Source of the DNA: Trypanosoma brucei
Taxonomy: Eukaryota
Reading direction: 5' to 3'
NCBI GenBank assembly: GCA_000002445.1
Contig: CM000207.1
Span: 2,752,001 to 2,816,000, forward strand
Length of the DNA stretch: 64,000 nucleotides
Shown piece after piece: positions 10,990 through 24,734 of this stretch; within the stretch, counting starts at the first letter, position 1; every line of letters starts with the position of its first letter. The position numbers and the translations under genes are program-made. The notes beneath the pieces were generated by a model. It was not told the DNA's origin. It did not search any database and worked only from the letters and a program-made list of their open reading frames with translations.

Positions 10990-12571
10990 AATACAAAAAT
11001 GCTACCAAACTCGTAAAAGCAGCAGCCATACTCAGAACAAACTTCTTATTTTATAGAAAACTATTGCTTCCGCACTTCTCCATATTCTAGTCGTCTCCGC
11101 CATCTTTTCCTTTTCTCCATCCACAAACAGAGGTTTGGCAAGCAGTATTGCGTTTTTCACAAGTTGATTTATCCTCATGTTGCTTACAGTTTGTGTTTTC
11201 TCCCTCTGCAGATCCCTCTACTTCTTCTGTTGTGTTTGTCTCTCCTTCTCCATCTTTAGGTTTGCATTCCTTTTTAGTGCCATCACATGTGCAGCTGTCT
11301 TGTGGGCACTCTTTCTGGTTTCTATTGTATTTTTCACATGCTTTCTTCTCTTCTACTGTTGGTTCTTTGTTTCCTTTTGGAGTTAGTGCCGGCATTGTTG
11401 GTACATCCTCGATATTTATTGATTCGTACAATTGCCATGCGCTGAGTTTGAGGTGTTGTAGTTCTGTAGCGGTTTTTTCCTGTTTTGCTTCCTTTTGAGC
11501 TCGTGCTAAAAGTTTGCTTGCCGCATGTTCGATGCTTTTGTAACATTTGATTTCGTTTCTGGGCTCGCTTGGTCACTCCAACATTTCTTTTGTGTAGTCT
11601 ACGCATGCTACTTTTGCTTGGCTTGGGAATTTGCCAGTGGTATGCGGATTTCCTAAGACAACAGTGCCGGGGTCGGCTTGCTTACCGCTCTTAAGCGCCG
11701 CTCTAAATGCTGCTACCGCTGCCGTGATTTCGTGCGCCGTGAGTTTTCCCGTAAACGGCTGGCATTTGGGTTCCAGTGTGTCCCACGCTGTTTTTGGTAC
11801 GAAACTTCCTCCCCAGGCCTGGCTGTGGGTAGCCACTGTGTGCCCGCAGAGCTTGACGTCGGTGGTGGTGCTATCTGTGGCGCGCAGGCAGATCAGGTCA
11901 TCTATGAGGGATTTGTCGGCTGCTGGGATTGCGCAGTTGGCTTCCCTGCTCCCGCTGTGTATTATTGCTGCTGCTTCGCTGCCGTCTTTTGCGGAAGCTC
12001 CTGTACCGTATATGGCGGCATCCAGGTCCGCTCTGATATCAGGTGCTCCGTCAGCCAAACTTGGCTTAATGTTCTTTTCGTAATCGTTGTAGATCGATTT
12101 GGCGTTGTCAGCTATTAGTGCAAGTTGTTTTTGGATCCGCCTGCCTGTGACAGTTTCCTGTGGCCCTCTTTTGAGTTTGAGTTTCTCATTAGTTTTAGAA
12201 CCCGCTATGAATGCCGCTTTGGTGGCCTGCCATTTGGAGTAGAGTGTTTTGCAGTTCTCCTTGTCGTGTGCCATTATCTTGGAGCATGTCGATTCTGCTT
12301 TCTCTGCCTGTGCGTCTTTGACCTCGTCATCGAATTCATTGTACCATGAAGTTACACTGGCTGACATGTTTAGCTGTTCTATTTCGCTGACATCGGCGGT
12401 ACTGAGCTCCGCTACATTTAACCTTGTTAGATCGCTGCGCGCTAATGAAATAAGTGAACACATCACGTGGAATTCCTTCCCGTTTGGCATGTCGCCTTGA
12501 GCAGCTCTTGCATATTTTACCAATTCCGGTAAAAGCAGCAAAACAAAAGCTAATATAACGTGTGAATTCAT
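10990..12571 (-). pseudogene. VSG pseudogene
   Basis: N-domain ORF 11573-12571(-) (MNSHVILAFVLLLLPELVKYARA...) stops. The C-domain piece 11087-11431(-) is in another frame. The GPI-signal region (NKKFVLSMAAAFTSLVAFLYF) is in a third frame at ~10990-11060 and has no clean stop. Confidence 0.8.
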
Positions 12572-13834
12572 CTGGTAGTCTGCTTTGCCTATAGAGTTAA
12601 AAGTGTAGTCAAAACGAAGTTACTGACACATCTGGATAGTTATTAGGTGCGTTTGGTTTTTATTTTTGGCGGTCTAATTGAATTTTGTTTCTGATTTTAA
12701 TTTAGATGTAGTCTGCCACTTCCGCTATTCTGATCTATATCGTTCTATTCCTATATATAAAACAATTAAAATTTATGGTTTCTTTGAGTCAGTCTATTTC
12801 AGTCCAGCTTCTGCTTGCTAAATGCATCGTCTACAATGATATAACGCCAATTGTTTTGCAGCACGCATGATTGTATGTATTTTACACTGTAACCCCAGCT
12901 GATCGTCGGTTTCTTTAGTCTATCACACGGTAACTGCGTAACCTCGTGCACTCTTTTTTCTTTTGAACATTCTTGTTATTCTTCAACACCGCGTCAGCGT
13001 GTATTTTTATGCTAATTAGCCACTCTTGAAACAGTCATAGTGTCTGACCGGTAAAACAATAGGTAGTGGTGGTGTATCATTACAAACTTTTGACACTTTA
13101 CATGAATATTCTTTAACGACTAATTCTCGCACCATTTTAAGAAGTTTTCGCACCTTTACCCTTCTTCTTCTTGCCAAAGAAATTCATTAGTAGTCTTGGT
13201 TTTATACTTATTCTCCCAATAATATAACATTTGTTTCTACAAGGTTTGACCATTACTACTATATTTTATGGGAAAAAGGCTCCCACACTACCTCATAATT
13301 ATCTAATTCCTTCTTTCTGCTGTTGGTGTTCCTATTTATTTAAAGCTGGATATTAGAATTCACCATTAAATTAAAAACCACGTTTGCTACTGTTGTTTCT
13401 TCAATGGCTTATATATCCATTTTTAGTAAAATACGTGGCGTTATCGGTTACTGTTTCATGTGCTTTTTTGTTACGAAGTCTTGTAGTTTATCGTTTTATG
13501 CCATATTTAATTATCTTCTTTTCCTTTTTCCCTCTCTAAACGCTTCGGCAGATGACTTAGAAATTTGATTTGGCTACTAAAGAGGACTCTTTCTATTCCT
13601 CATTGTCCCCCATCATGGCCATGCGCATGATGATGACCATTTTCATGTTTGTGATTGAAACTAGGAATCTTCAAAATTTCTTCCCTTTATGTTTCTCTTT
13701 CTGCTTTCCATTTTATAATGTAACGAGTGCTTGATGTTTTATTTAATTAAACACCCATTTACTTACTTCAATTTCACCATCGTCGTTGCCTTCAGTTTTT
13801 CCATTTGTATACTTATTCAGCTATCAAAAATGTT

Positions 13835-13975
13835 TAATATAATATTCGTATATACACACTCACTACACTCTCCTATTATTATTATTATTACTGCTCTTAT
13901 TATAATATTAGTACAAACACGTTCACAACTGCCTCCTATTATTATAATCTTTATTATCATAACTCTAAGCCTAGC
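13835..13975. repeat. 70-bp repeats, about 2 units
   Basis: aatattcgtatatacacactcactacactctcctattattattattattactg... is followed by ...acaaacacgttcacaactgcctcctattattataatc. Confidence 0.8.
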
Positions 13976-14201
13976 CACTATCCGTAAATAGGTCAAAATA
14001 ACAAAATTAAAATGTTACTCACTTTGTTACACCTTATCACCATAATAAGCGGCATACACAGGACACAGTAATATACATTTTACTAAAATTTCATATTTTA
14101 AAAAATTTCACTAATTTTCACACTTTTATTAAAGGTGTTAAATATATCAAATTTAGAAAACTTCATTAATTTCATAAAGTCGAGGGGAAATCTTAAAAGT
14201 T

Positions 14202-15707
14202 TTATAGAATCAAAAATGCTAGCAAAAGAGGAGCTTTATTGATAACAAAAGAATTACTTACTGTGGTGTTTGTAGCTTTTCCATCTGTCCCTGTTGCTGC
14301 TGTGGTCGCTTTAACTTTGCACTCCCCATCTTTGTATTCACACCCATCCTTGTTGTTGCATTTAGTTTCGTCTTTTTCTCCCTTGCACTCTTCTGATTTT
14401 TTGTTATACACTGTTTCTGATATGTTCTTCATTTTCTCTGCCGTTTACAGTTTCCGCTTGATTCTTATTCCTTCCATTTGGCTGAGAGCTAAGTTTGCTG
14501 CTTGTGCTGTTGTCATGCTTGTAATCTTCTTTTTTTCCTGCTTGACTCTGTCTCTTGTCGGTGTTGTGTCTGCAGCAAAATCTTCTTCAAAACTCGCTTT
14601 AAATGCGTTGGCGTCGTGCCCGAATTTGCTCGAAATCCACTCTGATATTTTTTGACCCTCCGCTCCGCTTTGTGGGTCATCTGCGCTGTCGAATTTGGGG
14701 AGACAGTTGCGTATCGTGCGGCGCACTATTGGGTTATCCTTTAGAGCTGGGCCACTTAGGGTGGGCATCGTTTCTGGCGCAACGTCGGCCTTTAGTGCTT
14801 CGCAGAGTTTCTGGGCGAGTGTTTTGGGGTGATTGGCTGCGTCCTGTGGAGATGCGGCGTCATTGGCACACGCTCCACGCTTCTCGTTCGATGCGAAGAA
14901 TTGAATTTGAGTCTGAGCCGGTTTTCCGACCCAGTTTCCGTGCGTGAACGCGACTTTGCCGTCGCTGGCATGCCATGTGCAGGCGTTAAGCACTGTGCCT
15001 TGGCTACCGCTGCTACCGCCGCTGAAGCCTGAACCGTGGGCTGGGACCAACTTTTTGGTTGGGACGTATTCGTGGAGTTTTGCTGCGTCCGTTACTTTCA
15101 GCTTGTACAGTTTCGTTGCATCTGGGTTTCTGCCTTTACATTCTGGTGTTGCCTCTGGTGCTGTTGGCTTGCAAATCTGTTTACCGGCCGCTTTCGTTTC
15201 AAGGTTTATAGTAACTGTGTGGCTTGCTTTAGTGTGACTGGCGTCCGTTTTCGCCCCTACTACTGTTGTCGCCACCGCTATTGCCGCTTGGGCTATACCG
15301 ATCTGAATATCTATCCTTTGCTGCGCTGCCCGCATAGCGGTCGTTGCTACCGCGAGCTTACCTTCGTTTCTCTCGAGGCTGTTCCCTGCGAGAGCCACCA
15401 GCGCCAGGATGCTGCAGATGTATTCGGCCACCATAGCTTTCGCTGCTGCCAGCCTGTATTTGCGCGCCAAAGTTTTTGAGTCAGCGACTGCTGGGCTCAG
15501 CGACCCGAGTCGGCCTTCAAGCTGTTTCCTAAGTTCTTTTAGGTAGTCGACCTCAGTGCAGGGGTCCGTTATCCCTTTTTCCGCGGCGGGGTCGTTTGTT
15601 TCAGCCGCCGACGTAGCCGTATATTTAGATAAAAGAAGCGCTATGGTTAGTGTCATTGCTTTTTTCAATATCGTGTGGCAGCAGCTTGGTTTACGGTCAA
15701 GAATCAT
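14202..15707 (-). pseudogene. VSG with one frameshift between the N-domain ORF (420 aa) and the C-domain
   Basis: ORF 14445-15707(-) ends ...MEGIRIKRKL. The C-domain ORF 14202-14432(-), CKGEKDETKCNNKDGCEYKDGECK...SNSFVINKAPLLLAFLIL, is in another frame. The same C-domain is in frame in the paralogue at 31014-32546. Confidence 0.85.
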
Positions 15708-16614
15708 ATTGTATATTTCTTCTACTGCTCTCTAACTTGCTTCCAAAAGCTGCATATGTTTTGTTACAGGGTTTTGTGTAAATCACAATTTTTGTTAAAT
15801 TTTTCTGACGGCTCTTAGTTTGATATATAAGAAAATTGGGTTTATACAGTTTATTAAAAATTTTGATGCTAACTCCACTTTGGCTTCCAGTGTACTGATC
15901 AGCATTTATATAAGTAAAAAAAAAACTAACGTAAAACTCGAAAAGTAGTGAATTATTCTATTTTAAAGTTGCATTTGATTGTGGCTTGTTGTATTCATTC
16001 GCCGTCATTTGTTGCTTATATTGTCGCATTGCACGCTCGTTTCAGGATTTTTGTGATTTTGTAAACGATTATTTAGCCTGTTTTAGGGGTAAGTATTGAC
16101 ACGAAAGTCTGTCACAACTATTGATGTGTATTTTATATTCATGCTTTTGATTTAATTGTGAGTGTGCGCACTTTTTTGGCACTTTTTCCTTTTCCACTGT
16201 TTGTTTCGCTTGTAGTCTGGTGTTTGTTGTTCTTTTCAAATACTTGGAATTAGAATACGCCATAAAGTCAAAAACTAGAGTCTTCACCATCATCTCTGCG
16301 GTGCCATCTATTCGAATTTAAGATAAATACCAGCTGACACAATTCCCCCTTCCTCCTCCTGATATATTACCTTCTCTTTCATATTTTTTCTCCGCCTCTG
16401 CAGGTAATGTAGAGAAAACATTTTTCCTGCGCACGGGATTTTGTCTCCACCTTTTTGTTTTCCCCATCATATCCCTGTGTATGATACTGCCTATCAACAT
16501 GTCTGTATACAAAGCTGCTCATTTTTCATTTCCATTTCTTTTAGTCTTCACTAATTCCCATTGCACCATTTCCATTGTTTAGAGAACTTCTATTTCAACT
16601 GTGCATTTACTGTA

Positions 16615-16740
16615 CACTACTCCTATTATAATAGTATTAGTATACACACACACTCACAACACTTCTATCATTATCATTATCATCATCATCATCATTATTA
16701 TTATTATTATCAATATTGCTTATTATTATTACCATTATAG
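16615..16740. repeat. 70-bp repeats
   Basis: tcctattataatagtattagtatacacacacactcacaacacttctatcattatcattatcatcatc... Confidence 0.8.
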
Positions 16741-16957
16741 TCAAAAACTTAAGTAGTATAGATTAAACAAAAAATGAACTAAAGTAGCAAATTAGAATAG
16801 CACTTTTTTCATGCCCTATCACCATGCTATATTACACATTCAGGTGGCTGTCATACTTTTTTTACTAAATTATTTAAAAATAAAAAACTTTCATTAATTT
16901 TATAAATTTCATAAAATTGAGTAACATCCTTAATATACTAAAATACTAAAATGATGT

Positions 16958-18451
16958 CTAACTCACTAAAGCAGTAGCTATAAGAGTGTATTTCTTACTT
17001 AAAAGAAAACTGGAATCTTTGCACTTTCTATCCTCTCATGTGGATCCATCTTTGCAATCTTTTTGTTCCTTTCCTGTGCAAGCAAAAATTGTCCCTGCTT
17101 TTTCATCATCCCCATCTTTCTCGTCTCATTTATCATCTTTTGTAAAAACAAGTTTGCCCATCCGGTTTTCCGCCATCAAAATCACAACCCTTTTCGCCCG
17201 CGCACTTTACGCTACTGTTGTGCTTCTTGCAGTTTCCACATGCTTTCCCTGTGGGTCCTGTTGCTTTCTTCATCTTCTTGTTTTCCTTTTCGAGTGCTAG
17301 AAAAGCTCGTTCATTAACTGCAGTATAGTAAACCAAAACCCTTTCCAGTGTGTCTACATCCCCTAGGGCTTTTATCCGTTGTTGTTCGTTGGTGTCATCT
17401 TTTGAGCCTTTAACATCCTTTTCCTCGAAAGCGGACCACATGGCTTCCAACTTGTTGTTATTGTCAAAAAATAGGTGGTTTTGCGGTTGTAGCTTCACTT
17501 TTGAGTTGTGATGCTTTTTTTGGTTCGTGGCAGCTATGTTTTCTTGGATTAAAATGATTATTGAAGGCTGTTCGGCAAGTTCTTTTAGCAGATCTTTTCC
17601 TTTTTTCTTCCTTTGGGTTGTCGTATCTGGCGTATATCGAGACTGACTTTGTGTGCACGTTTGAATATGCCGAGTGCGCCTTAGCTGCCCGCTTGCTTAA
17701 GTTTTGTTAAGTCGGGTGTGTTCGGTTGATCGTCTGCTGCCACCGTGATGGTGCCGTAACCCATTGTGAAAGTGTCACCGCCCCCCATCTTGATGCCTGG
17801 GTTGTTTGTAACCACCACTGTTGTCGTGAACATTCCGCACTGCGACGCCTGTCCTTGTCCGTTGCTGCCGGTTACTGCTGGGTTTTTTTGGAAATCCTCT
17901 CTGTTGATGGCGTCCGGATCCATTTCGTCGGTGTTTTGCAGTGTGTCTAGTTCCAGTGCTTTGCAGCCTGCATAATCTATCTCGACTTCGCCATTGCCGC
18001 CGTTCTTGTCTACTTTGCTGTTTAGGCAGTAGTTGCTGCTGCCGCCAGCGCTTGCTATCGTCATTATTGGTATCGTTAAAGCAGCTTCTATATCTGGAGT
18101 AATCGAAGTTTCCCTCAGCGCCGTGTCGATGGCCGAGTTGGCAGTGCCTATCGCCTCTCCGCTGAGTTTGGCTGCCTGAGCCGCCAGTACTTCCGCAGCA
18201 TCGTAGTACTCTGATGTTGGGTAAGCCGCTGCATACACTTGGAGTTGCAACTTTATCATGTTTAGGGTTTTGAGGGACTCTATAAGGTTTCCCAGCTTGT
18301 TTTTAGCTTGTCCCTGCGTCGTCCTCAGCTGTGTTTTCAGCTGTAATTGAGCTTTCCAGATGTTTGCTTTCATTTCAAGATGTGCTGCGTCCACTGATCC
18401 GATGATTAAGAGCGCCGTTAGTATCTTTAATTTCATGTGTTCGCTTAACAT
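16958..18451 (-). pseudogene. VSG pseudogene with stops and frameshifts
   Basis: N-domain ORF 17681-18451(-) (signal MKLKILTALLIIGSVDA...). Further pieces are 17464-17658 and 17133-17498. The C-terminus ...CKDSSFLLSKKYTLIATALVS stops at ~16958. Confidence 0.8.
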
Positions 18452-20409
18452 AGCTTGCTTTCTACGTTCACTATAGCACTTTTGTATTCGCCGGCATTCT
18501 GCTAAGATATTTTTTATCGAGAAGATACAGGGTTATTAAATCGGTGGTGACATCTATCTTTCTAAGCTTCTGAACGGTCCTTTTTTTCACAGTTTAATTT
18601 GCGTGTAAATACTACAAAAGAGAGTTTTTTGTGGGCATACGCCACATCGCATGTCGAAATAATACGACTTTAATAGTTGCATGTGGTTGCTTGTTCCGTG
18701 CAGTTGCTTTTATTGTACTTGCCGCTTGCTTGTTACACGTTTCCGCCCTCGAACACAAATAAGTTCATAAACCACTGATTTTCTCATTTATATCCATGTA
18801 CTGCATCTATTTTTGGCCTATAACTGTTTTTGAGATACGATAAGTATAACGCTGCTTCGTGAAAATTACGAGTTAAACCATATTTGAAATTCATAAGTTA
18901 CTTGTCATCACATCCCTAAGCACAAGCTCTGCTATTAGGTGGAGGGGCGGTTGTCAATCACTTGTACGTAAAAACAGCCGGTTTGCACCCCGGTTTTTGT
19001 GGTGATTGCCCCTTTTGTCAAGTCTTTGTGCAATTACAGCCGTTCATGTTGCTGCTGCATTGAATTCAAACATTTCGGTCTCTCCTACGTATTTTATCAT
19101 CCAGTGCAGAACTTATCTATATCCGAGTTTCTCCTGACACCATACCCTAATTCCTTTTTTATACAGCGGGTAGCCTTTAATTGCACTCTAACTGCTTCTT
19201 TAAGCTTGATGTTTTATAAATTTCTTCTCTTGCCACCAAAAGTTATATAAAGCTGTAAGCATCCAATATTACACTTAGAAATGGCCTTGCTACACTTGTA
19301 TACGTTTTTAAAAATAGATAAAATGGCGCTCATGTAACTAACCTCTATCCTAACGTACTAATCCTGTTATTCAACCTGTATTTTCACAACGATTCACGTT
19401 TTCATTCTAAAAATAACAGAATGTTTTCTTGTACTTAATAACTCTGCCAATTTAACCAAACGTGCACATCACTAATGCTCGACGTTTCTACACTTTGTGA
19501 CAAAGCAACAGCCCTTTTATTTCTTCATTTATTTTTACATATAATTTAGCTTACTGTGAGTTTCTCTAACATAAGCGAGTCTTTGAGCATTTTCTAAAAG
19601 CCTGCCTTCATGCAAAACCCATTTATTTTGCTTCCACTTACTCATCTGGTTGTTTATACAGCAGAAACAACTCTTTTATAAATTGCAACTCTTTGAATGC
19701 TCTTAATGTTTTTCCGATTTACCAGTATAGAATTAGTGCTGTTTCACTGCTTATTTTCTTCACTTAATAACGCTCATCTATGTGTTTATATATTCGCTAT
19801 TTAAAGCAGTTTCCGAGGGTATTTTTTTCTATGCTATCCACAGTAATCTATTAGAGGATTTGTTTTAAAATCCCCAGCAGATAATATTATATTGTTTCAC
19901 ACAAATGTTGACCATTGTTACTATACCTGATAAAAAAACTAAGTTTATGTTACCTCATACTTTCTCAATTCCTTCTCACAACTGTTTGTATATCTTTGTA
20001 GCTTTATATTAAAACCTACTGTAAGATTAAAATCTATCCCTTTGATCATTTCAGAGGTAGGATACATCCATTTTTGAGTGAATAGTGGTGCACAATCCCA
20101 TCCAGACGTATCACCATCCTTGGTGCATCGCTGCTGCAACTGCCGTTGTTTCTTCCTTTTTCACTTCTCTGTCGTTTTCTGATGTCTGTTCTCCTGATAG
20201 CGCACTTACTCCATTATGCCTATATACCGGACTCTATCTCTCTTCAGTATTCCCTCCATCATCTTCCTGTGTATGATGATGTTCATCGCTACAATTGTGT
20301 TTAAAACTGCGCATATTACATCTCCTTTATCTCCAAATTACTCCCCTTGCACCCTTTCCATTGTTGTAAGTACTCCCATTTATCCGTCCATTTGGTATTC
20401 GCTACCACT

Positions 20410-20490
20410 ATTTTTATAATAATATTAGTAGATAGACACTAACTACTCACTCCTATTCTTATTATTATTTTGATAACCAATAACTAATAT
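20410..20490. repeat. 70-bp repeat, about 1 unit
   Basis: aatattagtagatagacactaactactcactcctattcttattattatttt. Confidence 0.7.
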
Positions 20491-20739
20491 TCAAAAAAAC
20501 AATAAACGAAGTTAGCCAAATTAAGGTGGCACTTACTTTTTCCTCCCTATTACTACTTTACAACCATAGGTCACTTTCATAGAATAATTATATATTTTTA
20601 AAAATTTCACTAATTTGTGTATTTTGCAAAAGCTCTACAACAGCGTTATAAATTATCGAGTTATCTCAAAATAGCAATTTTTATAATTTTTTATAAATTT
20701 TCATAAATTTCACACTTTTGATCATATGTTCTTAAAATT

Positions 20740-22282
20740 CTAAAATGCTACTAAACTCATAAAAGCAGCAGCCATTAGAGAAAAGTTCTTATTGACGAGA
20801 AAACTGGAATCTTTGCGCTTTTTTCTATCCCATTTGGAGTTGCTGTCCTTGTCGCAAGCATTTTTGTCGGTTCTGTGTTTTGAGCATTTCTCCTCTTGCT
20901 CCTGCTGTTCCCCCGCTGTCTTTCCTGTTCCTGCTAATGGGGCTTCTGTGTCTGCTTTAATTTCATCCGGTGTGCAGGGGCCATCTTTATCGCGGTTTCC
21001 TTCCCATTTGCATTTGTCTGTATTTTCGCATGCCGTCTTGTTGTCTTTGTGCTTCTCACATTCCTGTTGTTTCTCTTCAATTGTCTTATCATTGTTTGCT
21101 TCTTTGTTGTTTGTAATGGCGCTTATGGGTACGACTTTTCGCCTCTATACTGATTCCGCTTGGTTTCTCAGTTTTTTTAGGTTGGCGTCTGTAGTCGCTG
21201 CATGTCTTTGCAGTTTCTGAAATTGCCATACGGCGTTTGCCGCCTGTGCTAGCTCATTATACCATGGTATTTTGCTGTAGCCTTTGTTCTCGCCAATGAG
21301 CAGGTCTTTGTAATTGACACAGTTGTCGGTGTCAGAGGTTGTACAAGTTGTGGCAGACCTTTTACCGACGCCTACAACCGCTTTGGTGGTTTCAAGGTTG
21401 CGTATCCTGCTAGCTACTCGGCCGAGCGCCGCTGTAATTGCAACGTCAAGTAGTATGGCTACGCCGTGGTGTGGACATCCCCCTGTTATCTTTTAAAATT
21501 CGTTGTTTGGTATGTTTCCGTTGGCATTGTTGCCGTGCGCCGCACCGGCTGCACACGCGTCTTCGGTTTTATCAGAGCAAAGGCAAAGAATGTCTGTTGC
21601 CAGGGCTTTGCCATTTTCTTTCTGTGCACACTTCGCCGTTTTTGTCGCCGCTCCGCCGGTTATATCTTTGCACTTTTGCTGCCGTCGTCGTATTTGTGAG
21701 TTGCGTCCGAGCCACACATTGCGTTCTTGAGGTGGTCTTTAATTTTCTGCGCTAATTGTGCTGAATTTTGCCCGTTTTAACTTTCTCGAGTCTTGATTAA
21801 TTCCTTGGCTTTTGCCACTGTGTGGGTTATGAGTTCCTTTGCTTTGAGAAAAAGGTTTTTGTCTGCGGGTTTTGGGTGCTGCTTGCCCCAGTCATTGTCC
21901 GTAGTATGTTTCTTTATATGAGCCATTTGCTCTTTCCATTTTCTCCAGTCGTCTACACACTCCAGTTTGTTTTCGTCAGCTTTTAGCGTTTTTTTATCTG
22001 CTCCCACTATCCTGCCGGGCCGGCCTTGTCAAAGAGGTTCTGCCATGAGTCATCTGCCACGTTAATATTCATTCGCAGAATCTCTTGTAAGTCATCAGGG
22101 GTGACTTCGATGCTGAAAGTTTGCTCCAGGCCTTCCTTGGCCACTATCCAAGCTTCGCATAGAGCCAGGTAGTCCGCCGTGACATCGCCGACTGCTGCTG
22201 TAGCGCTCTGCGTTAGCATGTGGCTCGCTAAAACAAATAGTAGGAATTTTATTAAAACCGATATTGCGCTTTTTGGTTTCAT
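20740..22282 (-). pseudogene. VSG pseudogene, fragmented into at least 4 frames
   Basis: N-terminal ORF 22007-22282(-) is MKPKSAISVLIKFLLFVLASHMLTQSATA.... Pieces are 21777-22007 and 21493-21717. The C-terminus KDSSFLVNKNFSLMAAAFMSLVAF stops at ~20740. Confidence 0.75.
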
Positions 22283-22774
22283 CTGTTTTGTCTGGCAAAA
22301 AAAATACTAAAGCTTGAAAAGGGTTGACTTGCATAAAATATTTTGTAGTTCTGTGTGGGAATATTTGGGGGATTTTTCTTTTCTGTTTCCAGGTGTCATG
22401 GGCACTGAGTGAGACGGAACGCTTGCGGCTACTAAGATTACAGCCCGGTACCGAGGTGCCGCACTGTCGCCTCCACTTTAAAAAATGTTTGTTATTTGGT
22501 ACTATGTGCTGTCACAAAGTGGGGTAAAAATTCACTGCGTGGCTCTGTGGTTAGTTTTCACCTTGTAGTCAGGGGTATAGTTCTGTTCTGTGTTTTAGAC
22601 GCTTTCCGCCTGTAAACTGCGATGTAGTATAGTGCATGCGGCTTGCCTGACCATTCTCGTTACACTTTCTTAGCTTTAAATAACTCCCTTTCTTTGAAAG
22701 AGTCACCACAAATATCTCCATAATTAAAATTCCATTTTTCTCCACTCATAGCATAAGTTCAAATCTTTCTTGAA

Positions 22775-23300
22775 TCATTCGTCATAAACCGCCTTGTTTC
22801 CAACTCTTTCTACTAAGTAAAATTTTTTACAATCAATTTTTCTTTCTCCCATGCAAGTGGCTGAAAAACAAAAATAAATAAATGCAGTCTTTCCAAACTC
22901 TCCACTAGTTGGAATAGAAAATAATGTCTCCTCATAATTCCATCCAATTATTCCTCTTCTCAAAGAAAATTTCTGTACAACAGCTTCTTTTTGAGTTGCA
23001 CTTCACATTGGTAAAAGCGATGAAAACTTTGCTCTAATTTCCATTATTCTCTTCCTCTCAAAAATTCTCCAAATACATATTCAAATATCTTAAATTCCCA
23101 AACTCTGGCTATTAAGCCACCACTAAGATAAGATTTTTCACTAGGAGGTGATTTCAGCAACTGAGGTAATTTTTTATCCTCTTCTTTTTCTTAACCTACA
23201 TTAAAAAACCACTTACATATCTCCATGCTTTTTTACAATATCCTCATCACTTGCATTATGTTTTTATAAAAATTCTATAACATCTAGGTTTTCTGACATG
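22775..23300 (-). pseudogene. Unrecognised conserved ORF, copy B; more degenerate, with a ~250-bp internal deletion relative to copy A
   Basis: ORF 22775-22963(-) ...LRRGIIGWNYEETLFSIPTSGEFGKTAF... is paralogous to 5598-5873. The 5' part at ~23230-23300 encodes MSENLDVIEFL*KHNASDEDIV, compared with MEFLKKHNASDEDIV in copy A. Confidence 0.5.
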
Positions 23301-24404
23301 ACTATACAAACCTCCAATCTAAATTGTAATAATTTCAACATGGCTCCGTTTGGCACTCAGTATGAGTCTACACCATCCTTGAGTTACATAAGTTTGAACG
23401 ACAACGACAAACACTCTTACTTTGCTAGAATCATTTTGTGTTATATTAGTAATGTTATTTATTTTTTCAAAATATCAAGTGATTTTGTGCTTTAGTACTC
23501 TAAATGTAATATCCATGGTAGTGGTAAAATTCTCAAGACACCAAACGTCATTCTAAAATATACTTTTTAAATCTTAAAGTGTTAAAAGAAGAATTAGAAA
23601 CTTTAGGAAAAGAAGTTAGTTGCACCACTAAGGTGAACAGTTAAGGAAACCATGTTTACATATGTAAATAATGCGTTAACATTGTTCTGATATAATTGTT
23701 AAAGGGTATATCCTCACCATCTGTAGCTTATCCTTGAGCACGGATCTCTGGGCTTTGTTTTTTTAAAGTTAGTTTCTATCCGTAGTTGGTTCTGCGCTCC
23801 ACATGCATGCTACTGTTACTTTTTCACATTTCCCCATTCTGCGTAGTTATGGGAACTACAGTAGTTAGTTGTACTGATTATTTCAGATACGCTAGGAGTC
23901 TTACCAGTTGCCTTTGGTAACTATCTCGGTAGCCGCTTTTAGCACGAGACTCTCCTCACCATAGCTTTATTACATACATATTCTCTTGTGCAATCGTTAT
24001 CTATGCGATGGCATCTATCCACTTATGTGTATAAGGTGCTGCACAATCTTTTTCTAGTTTTTCTCTAGAGTACTGCTCTGCACCAAGATGTTTCATTCCG
24101 CATTCCGCATTCCGCATTTCCATTTCCATTTCTTCTTTTTCATCCTCTATTGCTGCTTCTGCAGATAAGAGAGCGAGCTTATCTGAGCTATACATTGAAC
24201 TCTGTGCCTTTCTTAATGTCCTTTCCATTAACATCACATGTGTGATAATACACATCGCCGCGTTTATGCCGCAACTGCATGTATTTAGCCACTATTTTCC
24301 TTAGTCTCTTACCCTCCCTCTCACTCATTCACTTATTTCCATTGCAGTCTTGTCATTTTCTTAAATGCTTTTATTTTCTCTTTTCGTTCGGTTTTCACCA
24401 TAAC

Positions 24405-24480
24405 TCTCAATATAATATTAGTATATTCGCACTCGCAATACAATCATATCGATATCATCATTATTAGTATCAGTACTGTT
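24405..24480. repeat. 70-bp repeat, about 1 unit
   Basis: aatataatattagtatattcgcactcgcaatacaatcatatcgatatcatcattattag. Confidence 0.65.
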
Positions 24481-24734
24481 ATAACCCTACCTATTATTTT
24501 AAAAAATAAACTAAACTAAATTAGAATAACACACATTTTTTACACACTATTATCCTACTACTTTGCACCCATATGCCACGTTCAAACACATGTTACTAAA
24601 AGTCGCACATATCAATCATAAAGTTTTGAAATACATCAACGTTTAGAAAATATTAGCAAACTATTACAAAAGTAATTTTCTTAGAAAACAACATATTTAT
24701 AAATAAAAATACCTAAAATTTTACAAATCCACAA

